Below, in pieces: positions 39,375 through 50,145 of a stretch of DNA of 64,000 nucleotides. The stretch lies in the IMG/VR virus record IMGVR_UViG_3300010885_037407, positions 16,740 through 80,739 of that record; one strand, 5' to 3'. The notes beneath the pieces are model-generated. The model did not search any database and was not told the origin of the DNA. It saw nothing but the letters and a program-made list of their open reading frames with translations. The DNA is from a virus. Every line of letters starts with the position of its first letter. The stretch's first letter is position 1. A program made the translations under genes and the position numbers.

Positions 39375-39406
39375 TAAATATAAGGTAATCTTTTGATAGT
39401 ACCTAA
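39375..39406 (-). promoter_or_regulatory. Bacteroidota-type promoter TTAG-N20-TATATTTA upstream of the SSB gene
   Basis: Near-consensus with 20-nt spacer. Confidence 0.6.
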
Positions 39407-39413
39407 TATTTTT

Positions 39414-39902
39414 TTATTTATTGTTTTTAGCATCTGTATAAACGGTTTTTAGCCATTTAACGAATCCCATTTTTTCGTCTTGTTTGATATTTGGATATTC
39501 TTTGAAGAACTCCATTGCAAATTGATTGAATGTTGAAGCGTCTTTTGCCATTTGGTCAACATCACTCATTGCAGATTCACTTAACTTACTTTCTTTAATT
39601 CCTAATATTGCATTTAATTCAGAAAGAACTAATTTAAGTTTGGTTGGGCTCAAAGTTCTTAAATATGCTAATCTATTATCCATTCCTGAAGATCCTTCAT
39701 ATCCCGTAGCTATCTTAACAGTTAATGGATTGAATTGACTTTGAGTTTTGTGCATAACATTTAAAATCTTTCTCTTATTAGCTTCATTGCCTTCAATTGT
39801 ATTATGAATTTTACTAGCTAAATCTTTTTGTATTGTAGAAGCTTCATTTAATGCTTTTTTTACTTCCTCTTTGATAAGAGCTTTGAATTCAGATGCTTTC
39901 AT
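39414..39902 (-). CDS. Putative capsid-internal protein (shared N-terminal peptide)
   Basis: MKASEFKALIKEEVKKALNE N-terminus shared with at least four other ORFs. Confidence 0.55.
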   Translation of the reverse strand: MKASEFKALIKEEVKKALNEASTIQKDLASKIHNTIEGNEANKRKILNVMHKTQSQFNPLTVKIATGYEGSSGMDNRLAYLRTLSPTKLKLVLSELNAILGIKESKLSESAMSDVDQMAKDASTFNQFAMEFFKEYPNIKQDEKMGFVKWLKTVYTDAKNNK

Positions 39903-39903
39903 A

Positions 39904-40287
39904 TTATAAATTTATGATTTGATATACTTTGGTATGAAGTATTTTTAATTCGTTATTTGATGTTACTAGTAGTGAATTAGAATATTTTGTCCAATCCACA
40001 GAAAATTTAGTATCTAGCACTCCATTGTTTTCTTGACGAATTAACGCATTCAATGAATTGATAGTATACATAGTGTTAGTTTCTTTTTTACGATGTACTA
40101 ACATTGCTGCAGGTAATTGTTTTCTTGTATTACCTTTCTCTACATTGAAACTACATATAAGCTCCGGGCTGTCTTCAATAGATAATATGAAAATTCTTTT
40201 ATACACAACCTCATAAGTTTTATCGATCATTTCTATTGAATTATCGATTAAGTCCTCCGTAGAGAAAACGCAGATTAATTGTATCAA
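39904..40287 (-). CDS. Hypothetical protein
   Basis: 127-aa ORF, TTG start, VHRKKETNTMYTINSLN; late motif at ~40318-40329. Confidence 0.65.
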   Translation of the reverse strand: MIQLICVFSTEDLIDNSIEMIDKTYEVVYKRIFILSIEDSPELICSFNVEKGNTRKQLPAAMLVHRKKETNTMYTINSLNALIRQENNGVLDTKFSVDWTKYSNSLLVTSNNELKILHTKVYQIINL

Positions 40288-40330
40288 AGCTTGTATATAT
40301 TATAAGTGATTTTGTCATATATAAATATCG

Positions 40331-41683
40331 TTAAAACTTTTTTTCTGCTAGAATCATATTATGATAATCTGGACCTATCTCTAATTTTGTTGGAAACTTA
40401 CCTTTTTGTTCTAATTCTTCTTTTATTATTTTTAATACTTTTGCACCATCTCTTTTGTCAAAATCAAACAAAAACGAATCATAGGTATATAATATCAACT
40501 TGGAAGAGTAGTTTGAAATACGTTGGAGTATATTATGAATAACGGCCATGTTTCTTTCGGTTTCATAAGACTGTAAAACATAGTTTAAAAGCTTTGCTGC
40601 ATTCATATCACTGAAAAATGATTTGAACAATTTTCTTCCAAACATTGTTGTTTCAATATAACCATCTTGTTTATATTGATTCCAAAGAAGCTGAGTATAT
40701 TCATGTACTTTGGCAAAGAAAGGTATTTCCAAATACTCCTCTCCAATTCCTCCATATAATTGTTTAAATGAAATTGACTTTGTTTCAGAATATTCTGCAG
40801 GTGTTAAAGTCTCTTTACCAAAATAAAATTTACCTAAATATTCATGCACAGAACAATCTGCTGGAAATTGATAATCGACTAACTCTGCTAGTAGTCTTAA
40901 GTGATATGCATCATAATCAAAAGAAAGCATAAATCCATTTTCTCCAAATCTAGATACAAAAGATGCTCTTGCTCCATTGTCTTTGTTTAAAGCAGCATAG
41001 TTAATACCACCAAATCGATTTGAAGGTCTTCCTGTTGTAGTATAGATGTTATATTCTGTATAAGCAAAGTTATCATATAAAGGTGCTTCATTGAATTTTG
41101 TTTTGAATTGTTCATAGTTTGTAAATAAACCATTTTGTTCTATTTGATAAAGTGAATCCAATATCAAATTGTTGTATTTGTCAAATGCTGGATCTTCTTT
41201 GAAATAATCATATACATCTAAAAATCTTTGAGTAATAGATTGTGACTTTTCAATGTGCTTGGTAATTGGAATAATAGTATTTAAGTTGCTAAACTTTCCA
41301 AAATTTCTAGTAAAGAAATCATGTGCTGGTGTATCAAAGTCATCTTCAATAGGTTGATTCCTATGAAAATATTCTACCATATTAATATCAATTATATTGT
41401 CATGATCAAGAAACCGTTTAAATCGCTTCTTGCCATACACAAATAATTTTCTATCTAAAGGGAATTGTTTAAGAAGCTCTTCTGATAATGGTAAGCCTTC
41501 AGTATGGTTGAAAACTATCATAACTTCTTTGTCTAAATTAACAACATATATATAAATTACTGAAATTGAATCTGTATATACCGGTCTTTCTCCATTACAG
41601 TATGTTGGAACTACAATCCAATCATATGCGCTGCTTTGGTCTAGGAAGGAATCAAATTCTAATTTGGTCTCTATTATTTTCAT
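40331..41683 (-). CDS. Short, divergent family A DNA polymerase-like protein
   Basis: TTGRPSN, motif A DYDAYHLRLLA, motif B K-x3-F-x3-YG, NYVLQS, motif C YTYDSFLFD. Confidence 0.8.
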   Translation of the reverse strand: MKIIETKLEFDSFLDQSSAYDWIVVPTYCNGERPVYTDSISVIYIYVVNLDKEVMIVFNHTEGLPLSEELLKQFPLDRKLFVYGKKRFKRFLDHDNIIDINMVEYFHRNQPIEDDFDTPAHDFFTRNFGKFSNLNTIIPITKHIEKSQSITQRFLDVYDYFKEDPAFDKYNNLILDSLYQIEQNGLFTNYEQFKTKFNEAPLYDNFAYTEYNIYTTTGRPSNRFGGINYAALNKDNGARASFVSRFGENGFMLSFDYDAYHLRLLAELVDYQFPADCSVHEYLGKFYFGKETLTPAEYSETKSISFKQLYGGIGEEYLEIPFFAKVHEYTQLLWNQYKQDGYIETTMFGRKLFKSFFSDMNAAKLLNYVLQSYETERNMAVIHNILQRISNYSSKLILYTYDSFLFDFDKRDGAKVLKIIKEELEQKGKFPTKLEIGPDYHNMILAEKKF

Positions 41684-41690
41684 ATCCTAG

Positions 41691-41722
41691 ACAATATAAG
41701 TAATTCTTTTAATCTATACAAA
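41691..41722 (-). promoter_or_regulatory. Bacteroidota-type promoter TTTG-N20-TATATTGT upstream of the polA-like gene
   Basis: Near-consensus with 20-nt spacer. Confidence 0.55.
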
Positions 41723-42352
41723 TAACTTTTTAATATTATCATCAACATATTTAGAATGTACTGATAATTCTATATAATCGGTTATAAAGTCTTTTAATCC
41801 AGGAAATTCTCTATTCTTTAAAAGTGCCATTCTTTGATTAGTTGAATATACTCCAAAAATTGTATTATGCCCAGTTATTTCATCATAAAATGGACCTGTC
41901 AATTTCCAATCCAATGCAAGTACATTATACAATGACTTATCAATTCCATTTTTTGATTTGGACCAAAGTTTAAATTGTGCTTTATCAATTTCAAAAATAT
42001 CTTCAAAAGTACTTCTATTACGTCTTTGTATAAAATACCGCACTATTTTACCATTTTCATAATCTTCTAAAGTAGGCAAATTAAATGCATAATAAGGAGC
42101 TTTATGTTCTTCACGTTTTTTTAATTGACTATATACATAATTATCAGGCTGAGCTATTGTATTAACATATTTAATTAATATTTTTGATTCCATATTATGA
42201 TATATGGGACCGGTCATATATATACCGTCTATATAACTATGATAATAGCCTATATATTCTGTACCATCTTCTAACATCCATTCTTTACCAATAGTGTAAA
42301 GATTGTTGATAATATGTGACGCTGGATAATATAATTTTTTTCTAGTTGCCAT
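41714..42352 (-). CDS. Hypothetical protein (end of baseplate operon)
   Basis: 212-aa ORF, YIGYYH, RYF, WKLTGP. Confidence 0.6.
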   Translation of the reverse strand: MATRKKLYYPASHIINNLYTIGKEWMLEDGTEYIGYYHSYIDGIYMTGPIYHNMESKILIKYVNTIAQPDNYVYSQLKKREEHKAPYYAFNLPTLEDYENGKIVRYFIQRRNRSTFEDIFEIDKAQFKLWSKSKNGIDKSLYNVLALDWKLTGPFYDEITGHNTIFGVYSTNQRMALLKNREFPGLKDFITDYIELSVHSKYVDDNIKKLFV

Positions 42353-42359
42353 AATTGTA

Positions 42360-44159
42360 TTAACTTAATAACCTACAAATAGTTTGTAATGATGTAGTCC
42401 AGTCATTTGCTGAAATAGTATGCTCTACTTTGGTAATAGTAAACGCTATTTTTGTTTTTTGATATACAGTAGGTAAATAATTTGTAGAAATTACATTGCC
42501 AAATACAAATCCTTCAATACCATCTAAAGTACATGAAAAGTCTATTGGAAATGGAATTGCTTCATTTGAATTACTCGATCCAGAATTTTGTTCTGTATAT
42601 ACTCTTTTTAGAGCTTCTTGCAGTGCGGATACGTGTGCTGAAGTTGGACCTGCCGGGCCTTTATCACTTTTTGTATCTTTAGCATCCATTGGTTTTTTAG
42701 CTTCTTCTAAATCTTGCATTGCAGTCGGGTCAGTTTTTGCAGGTTCGTTTGATAACGCGCCATAATTTGCTTTACCTGTAGCTGATGAATCAGTTCCTAT
42801 AAATGCCGTGGCTGCCATTGCTGACGGAATTTTTGCTTGCAATGATATACTTCTAGCTATACTATTATTAACAACTGCAGATATTACATAAGGTGTTATT
42901 TTGTCATCTATATAATTAGTATCTTGAATCCAAAATTCAGTTTCTTTTTTAGGATTTTGTACAATAGATAATTTAAATCTAGTTCCACTGTTTTTATATA
43001 TTGAATCAAAAATAATACCTAATAATTTTGATGTAGACGAATCTGTAGATTTCTGATTGTCATCTTTTTTCGACCCCATATCTGAAATTTGTTTTGTAAT
43101 CCAGTCTATATTAATCATAATTGCACTAGCGTCTCCTTTGCCCATTGCGCCTATAAATCCGCCATCACTAAATCCATAATCATGTTCCCCGCCATATTTT
43201 CCATATCCAGGAAATACTACTTCTAAAAAATTACCAGATACTAATTTTGCATTGTCAGTTACTGGATTAACTTTAGTTACATTCGCGTCACATAGTATTT
43301 CCAAATCATCTAATGCCTTTCCTGATGCTGCTCTTAATCTATCTTTTAAAAGTATTATTAAATATTGTAATGAAATATAAAAATGTGGAGTATCCGTTGA
43401 TTCTATATCTGTTGATTCTGTAGATGCTTCAGCTGCTCCATAAGAACTTGGAAACACTAAACATCCAATATGATTTGCAATTAATCCATGGGCTAAATCT
43501 TTGGCCTTTGCTTGAGCTATAGTTAATTGTCCAGTTAATGAATTTCCTATAATAGTATCATTTAATGCATCAGTAACTTTTGCAGCTGATGCTGCAGCCG
43601 CATTAGCATGAGTACTTAATATAGCTATACCTTTACTCATTCCATAACACATACAATCAAATCCTCCTATTGGCGTAACTTGATATGTAAAGTTATAGAC
43701 AATACCTTTGAAATATCCACTTTTGCCTCCTGCTCCTCCAGCTTGATTCCATCCATAATTTACTGTTAAATCTGCTGATAGATCAAAAAATGCTTGTGCT
43801 GCGTTTAAATCTACTAAATTATAAACTGTAAATGCTAATTCGCATTTTTTAATAGAACCAAAATCTCCTTCATTGTAAATTTTAACTGAAGTAATGTGAG
43901 GTTTCGGTAACCACTTTCCAGCAGATGATTGGCCTGGCTCGTATAATCCTCCACCAGAAATACCTCCGCCTGTCGGTAATTTAAGTGATGCTCCTCTGTT
44001 AGATAATTTATGATGTGCACTTGCCGACGCCCATGCCATTTTTCTTGTTAGCCATGCATGAGCATCAGATGTTCGTGAAGTAGCTCCATAATGTGCTTTA
44101 CGTGCGTTAAGTGCTCCTACAACACCTCCATCTACTTGCGTATAAAATATAGTTTCCAC
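42360..44159 (-). CDS. Putative baseplate hub / tail protein
   Basis: Follows the gp53-like gene; VNYGW and C-terminal TLDGIEG...YLP...FTITKVEHTI...WTT; GTG start. Confidence 0.55.
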   Translation of the reverse strand: METIFYTQVDGGVVGALNARKAHYGATSRTSDAHAWLTRKMAWASASAHHKLSNRGASLKLPTGGGISGGGLYEPGQSSAGKWLPKPHITSVKIYNEGDFGSIKKCELAFTVYNLVDLNAAQAFFDLSADLTVNYGWNQAGGAGGKSGYFKGIVYNFTYQVTPIGGFDCMCYGMSKGIAILSTHANAAAASAAKVTDALNDTIIGNSLTGQLTIAQAKAKDLAHGLIANHIGCLVFPSSYGAAEASTESTDIESTDTPHFYISLQYLIILLKDRLRAASGKALDDLEILCDANVTKVNPVTDNAKLVSGNFLEVVFPGYGKYGGEHDYGFSDGGFIGAMGKGDASAIMINIDWITKQISDMGSKKDDNQKSTDSSTSKLLGIIFDSIYKNSGTRFKLSIVQNPKKETEFWIQDTNYIDDKITPYVISAVVNNSIARSISLQAKIPSAMAATAFIGTDSSATGKANYGALSNEPAKTDPTAMQDLEEAKKPMDAKDTKSDKGPAGPTSAHVSALQEALKRVYTEQNSGSSNSNEAIPFPIDFSCTLDGIEGFVFGNVISTNYLPTVYQKTKIAFTITKVEHTISANDWTTSLQTICRLLS

Positions 44160-44479
44160 TATCTAGAAGTATTTTGTTCTTGTAACATTAATAAAACTTG
44201 TTGATAATCTGCAGGTACTCTTATTTGAGACTCTGGTTCTAAATATAATGAATCCTTTCGTAACTCTGGATTTGCAGCTGCTATTATCCACCATAAATCT
44301 ACATTGGAATAATATTTCCATGCTAATAAATCCAATCGCTCTCCAAATGAAGTTATAACATATATATCATCATCTTGTTTTTCAATTACAGGATCGATTA
44401 ATGAGTCATAATATCTTCTTTTGTTATCTAAATCTAGTTTGGCTGGCTGAGTAAATGCGTAATTGTTATACCTGCTCAT
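44159..44479 (-). CDS. LysM-like baseplate wedge protein (gp53 / tail X-like)
   Basis: GERLDLLAWKYY...LWWIIAAANP...IRVP. Confidence 0.8.
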   Translation of the reverse strand: MSRYNNYAFTQPAKLDLDNKRRYYDSLIDPVIEKQDDDIYVITSFGERLDLLAWKYYSNVDLWWIIAAANPELRKDSLYLEPESQIRVPADYQQVLLMLQEQNTSR

Positions 44480-44501
44480 ATTTCATTATATTTAAAATTA
44501 A

Positions 44502-46796
44502 TTAATCTTCGTCTTTAAAGACAGTTGCTCTTCTTCCACGAAGCCAATTTCCTGCTTCTTCATCCGTTCCACTGCCGCCTCCTGTTGAAAGACTATATGC
44601 TCTACCCATTTGCTCTGGTCTATAATCTCCAATTATTTGAAATGACATTGCAACCTCAACTATCATGGGAAGTTGCTTTGGAGTACGATTTCCAGCTGCA
44701 TTGTCTTCTGCAATATCCCAAGTTGCGTCATCTGGAATAGTATATGACAATGAAGTTATGAATCCAGGAGTTTCTTGAAATAAATCTCCAATCGTAATTC
44801 GCATCATAGGCCCAGAAGGTTTAGATCCTCCATTAATATCAGGCATAGTATATGAAGCTAAATAATTTATTTTTCTCCACATAGGTATCATTTCAGATCT
44901 TGACATCGCTGCTGCAATAAAATTAAATGATACTGATCTTTCGAAAGATGAGTATAAATATGCTCCGTCTGGTCGTCCCATAATATCTATCCTATTCCAT
45001 GAAGGTGAGAATGAATCAGAGAATCCTGTCATTGTACACCGAAACGGCATTACATTTTGTCCTTGCACACCGTCTTGAAAATAAAATTTAATTAAGTCTT
45101 TTGCAGTATCCGGGTATATTTGTTCAAGTCCTACATTTGCTATATCCAACGCATTAACACGGTCACCACGAAAATCTTTATTTAATGCTAATATTGTTCT
45201 TTGTTTAGTATTAAAATTAGACTCATTTAATATAAATTTATTTGGATCGGATCTATCAACATCTTTAGCACCTAGATTTCCAAATCCATACTTTTTTTCT
45301 AAATTGCTATTTTCATAATACTTCTCATCCTGTTTACCTAAAAACGACTTGGCTCCTTTGTCTCCACTTGGCTCTTTAACTTTATTTCTGAAATCTTGTG
45401 GTATTGTAGTAGTTGCTCTTGATAAATCATTATACGCTAATACAGCATAACTTTTAATATTCGTTTTTGGAAAGCTAGCTGGTCGGCCATCAATATTTTC
45501 TGCTTTTGATCTAATACCATCTTGAAGTGTTCCAGGTGCTTGATCATAATTATCTGCATACTTACTAAATTTACTATTTAATGAATCTAAAGCATCATCA
45601 ACAGCTTTTGCTGTTCGTGGACTTCCTTCAGGCCCTCCATATTTCGAACCGTCAGGACTTGCACTTGTTTTCCACGCATTAATAGATATTATTGACGCAT
45701 ATTGCGATTTAATATAATATTTAGTATTCCATTTTTGTCTATCAGCAGCCTCTATAGATGCATCTTTTGAATTAGTATATCTTCTAATAGTAGTAGTTCC
45801 TATTCCATATACAGACCCTGGGCCTGCTAATCCTGAAAGTTCTTTGATGGGCGCTCCTTTGAATCCTGTAATAATACTATCAAAACCTAACATTTCACTT
45901 TTAAGTTTTATTAAACGGCTATATGGTTCTTTAGGAGATAATCTCTGTTTTTCTCTTAATACATTTTCATAGCTAGATGCGTCATTTAAAAATGGAAGTC
46001 CATGTTTAGTAAAATGTAATCCAAATGCAGTGGTTGGCACTGATAGCAATGATGTTAAACCTGAATGTATTCTAGTTTGTCTAGTAAATGCACCTCCAAC
46101 AGCTTCTACTTTTGGATTTGTTAAACCTAAACCTACTTGTTTAACTACCCATAATAAACCTTTTGGTGATGCCATCCATTTTGCTATTCTAACAGTATCT
46201 AATGCAGAACGTTCCAAAGCAGTTACCATACCACCTCGAATCAATCCATCATCAAATGTACTACCCCATCGTTTTCCAATATCTCTTAACACTAATGGAT
46301 GTTTCATATAACTAGGGTTATATGCATCATCACGTAAATTGAATTTTTTATATTCAGCGTCTAATGCCGAAGGAGAGTTTTTTTCTGTTGAGCGAGTATA
46401 CAATAAACTTTTATTTGGTTGACCTGTAATCGATTGAATTACATTTCCGTATTTATTTTTATCATTATATCCTTTTACAGAAAATTTCTTTGTTGCAGTT
46501 GCTCCTGATTTCAAATATCTAAATATTGAACCGTCAGGTAATTGATTGTCCAATGAAGCATTTCCAACTTGTAACACAGATGTTGGTACTGCATGATTGT
46601 ATGTAGAACCTTGAATACCTAATATATTAGATTTGTTTTTATCGCTAGCTTTACTTGTAAAACCTTTTGCTCCAGATTTCTTATCATCGAAAAAATTAAC
46701 TTCTCCTGGTATTGTTACTAGAGATGTTAATTTGCTTTCATGAGAAAAGTCGGAACGGAAATTTGATAATATAGATTTTAAATCAATTAGTGCCAT
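44502..46796 (-). CDS. Putative baseplate / tube-initiator protein
   Basis: Between tape measure and LysM genes; C-terminal SDSFSPSW...GR...Y..FERSVSF...RITIGD...GFITSL...W...P tube-like domain. Confidence 0.55.
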   Translation of the reverse strand: MALIDLKSILSNFRSDFSHESKLTSLVTIPGEVNFFDDKKSGAKGFTSKASDKNKSNILGIQGSTYNHAVPTSVLQVGNASLDNQLPDGSIFRYLKSGATATKKFSVKGYNDKNKYGNVIQSITGQPNKSLLYTRSTEKNSPSALDAEYKKFNLRDDAYNPSYMKHPLVLRDIGKRWGSTFDDGLIRGGMVTALERSALDTVRIAKWMASPKGLLWVVKQVGLGLTNPKVEAVGGAFTRQTRIHSGLTSLLSVPTTAFGLHFTKHGLPFLNDASSYENVLREKQRLSPKEPYSRLIKLKSEMLGFDSIITGFKGAPIKELSGLAGPGSVYGIGTTTIRRYTNSKDASIEAADRQKWNTKYYIKSQYASIISINAWKTSASPDGSKYGGPEGSPRTAKAVDDALDSLNSKFSKYADNYDQAPGTLQDGIRSKAENIDGRPASFPKTNIKSYAVLAYNDLSRATTTIPQDFRNKVKEPSGDKGAKSFLGKQDEKYYENSNLEKKYGFGNLGAKDVDRSDPNKFILNESNFNTKQRTILALNKDFRGDRVNALDIANVGLEQIYPDTAKDLIKFYFQDGVQGQNVMPFRCTMTGFSDSFSPSWNRIDIMGRPDGAYLYSSFERSVSFNFIAAAMSRSEMIPMWRKINYLASYTMPDINGGSKPSGPMMRITIGDLFQETPGFITSLSYTIPDDATWDIAEDNAAGNRTPKQLPMIVEVAMSFQIIGDYRPEQMGRAYSLSTGGGSGTDEEAGNWLRGRRATVFKDED

Positions 46797-46808
46797 ATAT
46801 GTTATTTA

Positions 46809-49661
46809 TTATCCGTTAGTACCATAACCGCTATCCACTTTGGTATTATATGTTTTTCTCAATGTAGTTTGCTTTTCTATTTCGTCAATAACTCTTCCGC
46901 CTATATTAATTTTTACTGGCTGAGAAGTTGCAGCAATTAATTGTTTTAATAAACTAGCAATTTCTGTATTGTCTTGTTGCTGTGGACTTATTATATTACT
47001 TACTGCGGACATTGCTGAAGTTGCTAAATCTCCTAATCCACTTAAAAAATTTCCATTTTCAGGAGTACTTGATGTACTAGAAGTACCATCTAAATCAGTA
47101 CCAGCTACAAGAGAATCATTTTTATTTAATTGAAATGAACCTTTTCGTCCTGAAACTACTAAACCTCCTGACGGGTCTATTTTAGCATCATCTTCATGCT
47201 TAACAGAAGCTTCCTCCATACTGCTTGAAGCTTCTTTAGATTTATCATTATCTAAATTTAATAACTTTATTGCCCAATCAGGCAATATACCTTTAACTTT
47301 ATCTCCTATCCAATCAACTGCATCACTTAATAGTTTTTTTAATGATGGGAAGAAGCTCATAATTAAATCAAATCCTAACATAAATGGCGCAAAGAAAAAT
47401 CTCATAATACCTTCACCAAGATCTTTTAATCCTCCCATAATGTCTCCGTCAATCATTTTTCCAATTCCTTTAAACATATCCATTATCCCTATTAATGGAG
47501 CAAACGCAAATTTAATCAATGGCATAATAGCTGGAAGTATGAATTTAATCATTTCCATTAATGGATCTATTATTTCTGCAATCGGGCCTGCCATTTCGGC
47601 AAATATAGCAGTTAATTTATCTGTTAGTGTATTTATTTTATCTTGAGCATCTGCCTTTTGATTATCCATTGCCATTTGTTTGGCTTGTTCATCTGTTATA
47701 GTTTTACTAGCTGCTAATTGATTTAGTTGCTCAGCACTTAATTCTCTTAAAGATAGAATTTTTTTACCTCCTAATGCTGTGCTATAAGCATCTAACTCAG
47801 CAGCTTTCATTAGTTGTTCAACAGATAATCCAGCCGCTTTTGCTACAGCCTCACGTTGTAATACGTTCATTTTTAATATATCAGCTCCTTTACCAGCTTC
47901 GGCAACCGCTGCGGCAGCTGCGCCGGCACTATCTCCCTCCAAAGCTAATAATCTAGCTGCATTCATATTCATATGCTTGCCAGTAAGAACATTAGCAGTC
48001 ATTTCATCTTGAATATTTTGTTCAAAATCTAATAGATTACTACTAACACCAGCAGTTTCGTCTAATGTCATTCCTAATTTTTTAGCTTGAATAGTAGCTA
48101 ATGTAAGTGCTTTTACATTTCCATGATAATTAGCTAATGTAGACTTTGACGTTTTTGCAATTCTCTTTTGAATATCTAGAAAATTCGTTGAATCTCCTGT
48201 CATTGCATCATATTGAGCTGCTGTCTCTTTGATATTTTCTGCTAATTGTATACCTGTTTGTCCTAAACCTGCTGACGTAACTTGAAATTCAGCTGCGGCT
48301 TCGCTGGTCATGTCAAACTGTTTAGTAAGTAATACATTAGTCTCTAACATATCTTTACTTACTTCAACATTAGTGCCTAAAATATTATTTAGGTTAATTG
48401 AAGCTTCTTCCATTGTTTTTTGGTTAGCTCCAATAACTTTGGTATCTTGAGCAATATCTAATAAATGATGATGTGTTTTAAAAGCTTCTTCTTTAGTAAC
48501 ACCCATCTTTTTAGCAAAATTAGTAATTTCTTCATCAACTTCAATTCCTTTTTTGATAAGTGCTACTAATGCTAATACCGCTGCGGCAGCTGCTATTAAT
48601 GGAAGCATTGGAGCTAATGCGGCTGCTGAAGCAGCTGCGGCTGCCCACATAGATGCTCCAAATCCTACTGCGGCTACATCTGCTACTGCAATTGGTGGAG
48701 CTAACGCTGCTACTTCTGCATCTAATACGCCTGTCGCAACTGCAGCTGTTCCTAATTCTGTTGCTAACACTCCTGCTGCAGCACCTGATGCTATAAGTTC
48801 TACATTTGCTACTCCTAATGCTGTTGCAATAGCACTGAGAATTGCAATCATCGCTCCTAATTCAGATGTAACCGTACCTGCTGCAGTTGCTTGTGCTACA
48901 GTCTCTGCAGCTACAACTCCGGTTTCAGCTACGATTGCGCTAGTTTCGCCTAATACTATTCCTGCTGCAGCGGCTTCAGCTTCAAATCCAGCAATTGCTG
49001 CTTCCGAAGCTTGTATTTGTGCGACTGACGTTCCATTAATCGAATCTGCAAACTGACCGCTTAGACTACTGAAATTTTTAGTAATTTCCTCTTTGAATGT
49101 ATCTAAACCAATTGCTTTTGATAAAATACCTCCTACTACAGGAATGCCTTTAATTGCATCGTCTATATCATCTATAAATCCAAATGACGTTTCAACACCT
49201 TCTGTATATGCTGCGCTAGATTTATTAAGCTTGTCTTGTGCAAAAGAAATATTTTTTTTATTAATTAATATGTTTTTAGTTAAGTCAGCTATTTTTTGTT
49301 GATTTTTAAGAACAGCCCCAAAGTCTTTTTTTGTTTTCAGATCAAGTTTTCTTTGTTCCATAACAATTTTAAACTCATCTTCTCTGGTTTTTTTAATTTT
49401 CTTTGACTGACGACCAAAATCCATTCCATACTTAATATTACTTTTTTGAAGATCGGATATCTCCGCAGTAGTATCACTTATAAGTTTTTCTAATGCTAAT
49501 CTTTTAGTCGTAGCATCTAATAGTTGCTTTGAATAATCAATTTGATCTTTAACAGCATTAGATTCAGTTGCGTCTTTAGCAGCTAGCTGCTTTTTCAGAC
49601 CAGCAATTTGTTTTGCTTGATCTGCTATGATTTTATCGCCTGCTACGTCCTTGTTTGCCAT
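46809..49661 (-). CDS. Tape measure protein
   Basis: 950-aa Ala-rich helical protein with hydrophobic segments, in the canonical position. Confidence 0.8.
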   Translation of the reverse strand: MANKDVAGDKIIADQAKQIAGLKKQLAAKDATESNAVKDQIDYSKQLLDATTKRLALEKLISDTTAEISDLQKSNIKYGMDFGRQSKKIKKTREDEFKIVMEQRKLDLKTKKDFGAVLKNQQKIADLTKNILINKKNISFAQDKLNKSSAAYTEGVETSFGFIDDIDDAIKGIPVVGGILSKAIGLDTFKEEITKNFSSLSGQFADSINGTSVAQIQASEAAIAGFEAEAAAAGIVLGETSAIVAETGVVAAETVAQATAAGTVTSELGAMIAILSAIATALGVANVELIASGAAAGVLATELGTAAVATGVLDAEVAALAPPIAVADVAAVGFGASMWAAAAASAAALAPMLPLIAAAAAVLALVALIKKGIEVDEEITNFAKKMGVTKEEAFKTHHHLLDIAQDTKVIGANQKTMEEASINLNNILGTNVEVSKDMLETNVLLTKQFDMTSEAAAEFQVTSAGLGQTGIQLAENIKETAAQYDAMTGDSTNFLDIQKRIAKTSKSTLANYHGNVKALTLATIQAKKLGMTLDETAGVSSNLLDFEQNIQDEMTANVLTGKHMNMNAARLLALEGDSAGAAAAAVAEAGKGADILKMNVLQREAVAKAAGLSVEQLMKAAELDAYSTALGGKKILSLRELSAEQLNQLAASKTITDEQAKQMAMDNQKADAQDKINTLTDKLTAIFAEMAGPIAEIIDPLMEMIKFILPAIMPLIKFAFAPLIGIMDMFKGIGKMIDGDIMGGLKDLGEGIMRFFFAPFMLGFDLIMSFFPSLKKLLSDAVDWIGDKVKGILPDWAIKLLNLDNDKSKEASSSMEEASVKHEDDAKIDPSGGLVVSGRKGSFQLNKNDSLVAGTDLDGTSSTSSTPENGNFLSGLGDLATSAMSAVSNIISPQQQDNTEIASLLKQLIAATSQPVKINIGGRVIDEIEKQTTLRKTYNTKVDSGYGTNG

Positions 49662-49680
49662 TTTAATTAAAATGTATTAT

Positions 49681-50145
49681 TTAATAATTTAACATTTTCT
49701 GCCATTCTGGATTGTTGGCCATTGCTGGATGTTTTTTCCAAAATTCTGCATGCTGGTCTTTTTGCCATTTATCATATGCTGCTTTCATTTGAAATGGCGA
49801 TTGACCTGTTTTTACTTTAACACCAGCATTTTGCATTGATTTTATATTTTTGTTATATGCACCAATTTCGTCTTTTAATTTAGCAGTTAACCTAACCATA
49901 GACTTTGTATTAATATCTATTTGTTTAAGTAATTCTTGATATTCTGGAGAATTTTTTACTGCGTCGGCTTGAGCTTTAAGTTTAGGGCCTAGCAATAAAG
50001 TTAGCATATCAGCAACTATACTTTCTTTAAGTTTATGTTTAGCTTTGATATCGGTATATATAGTATTAATAGAATCTGTAATTAGTTCTGATTTTACTAA
50101 TGCTATCTCTTCTTTAATAAGTTGTTTAAATTGTGTTGCTTTCAT
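49681..50145 (-). CDS. Putative capsid-internal protein (shared N-terminal peptide)
   Basis: MKATQFKQLIKEEIALVKSE; own late motif at 50163-50175. Confidence 0.5.
   Translation of the reverse strand: MKATQFKQLIKEEIALVKSELITDSINTIYTDIKAKHKLKESIVADMLTLLLGPKLKAQADAVKNSPEYQELLKQIDINTKSMVRLTAKLKDEIGAYNKNIKSMQNAGVKVKTGQSPFQMKAAYDKWQKDQHAEFWKKHPAMANNPEWQKMLNY

Noticed and set aside
48553-49056. 167-aa Ala-rich plus-strand ORF
   Set aside because: Antisense shadow of the GCN-rich Ala stretch in the tape measure gene.
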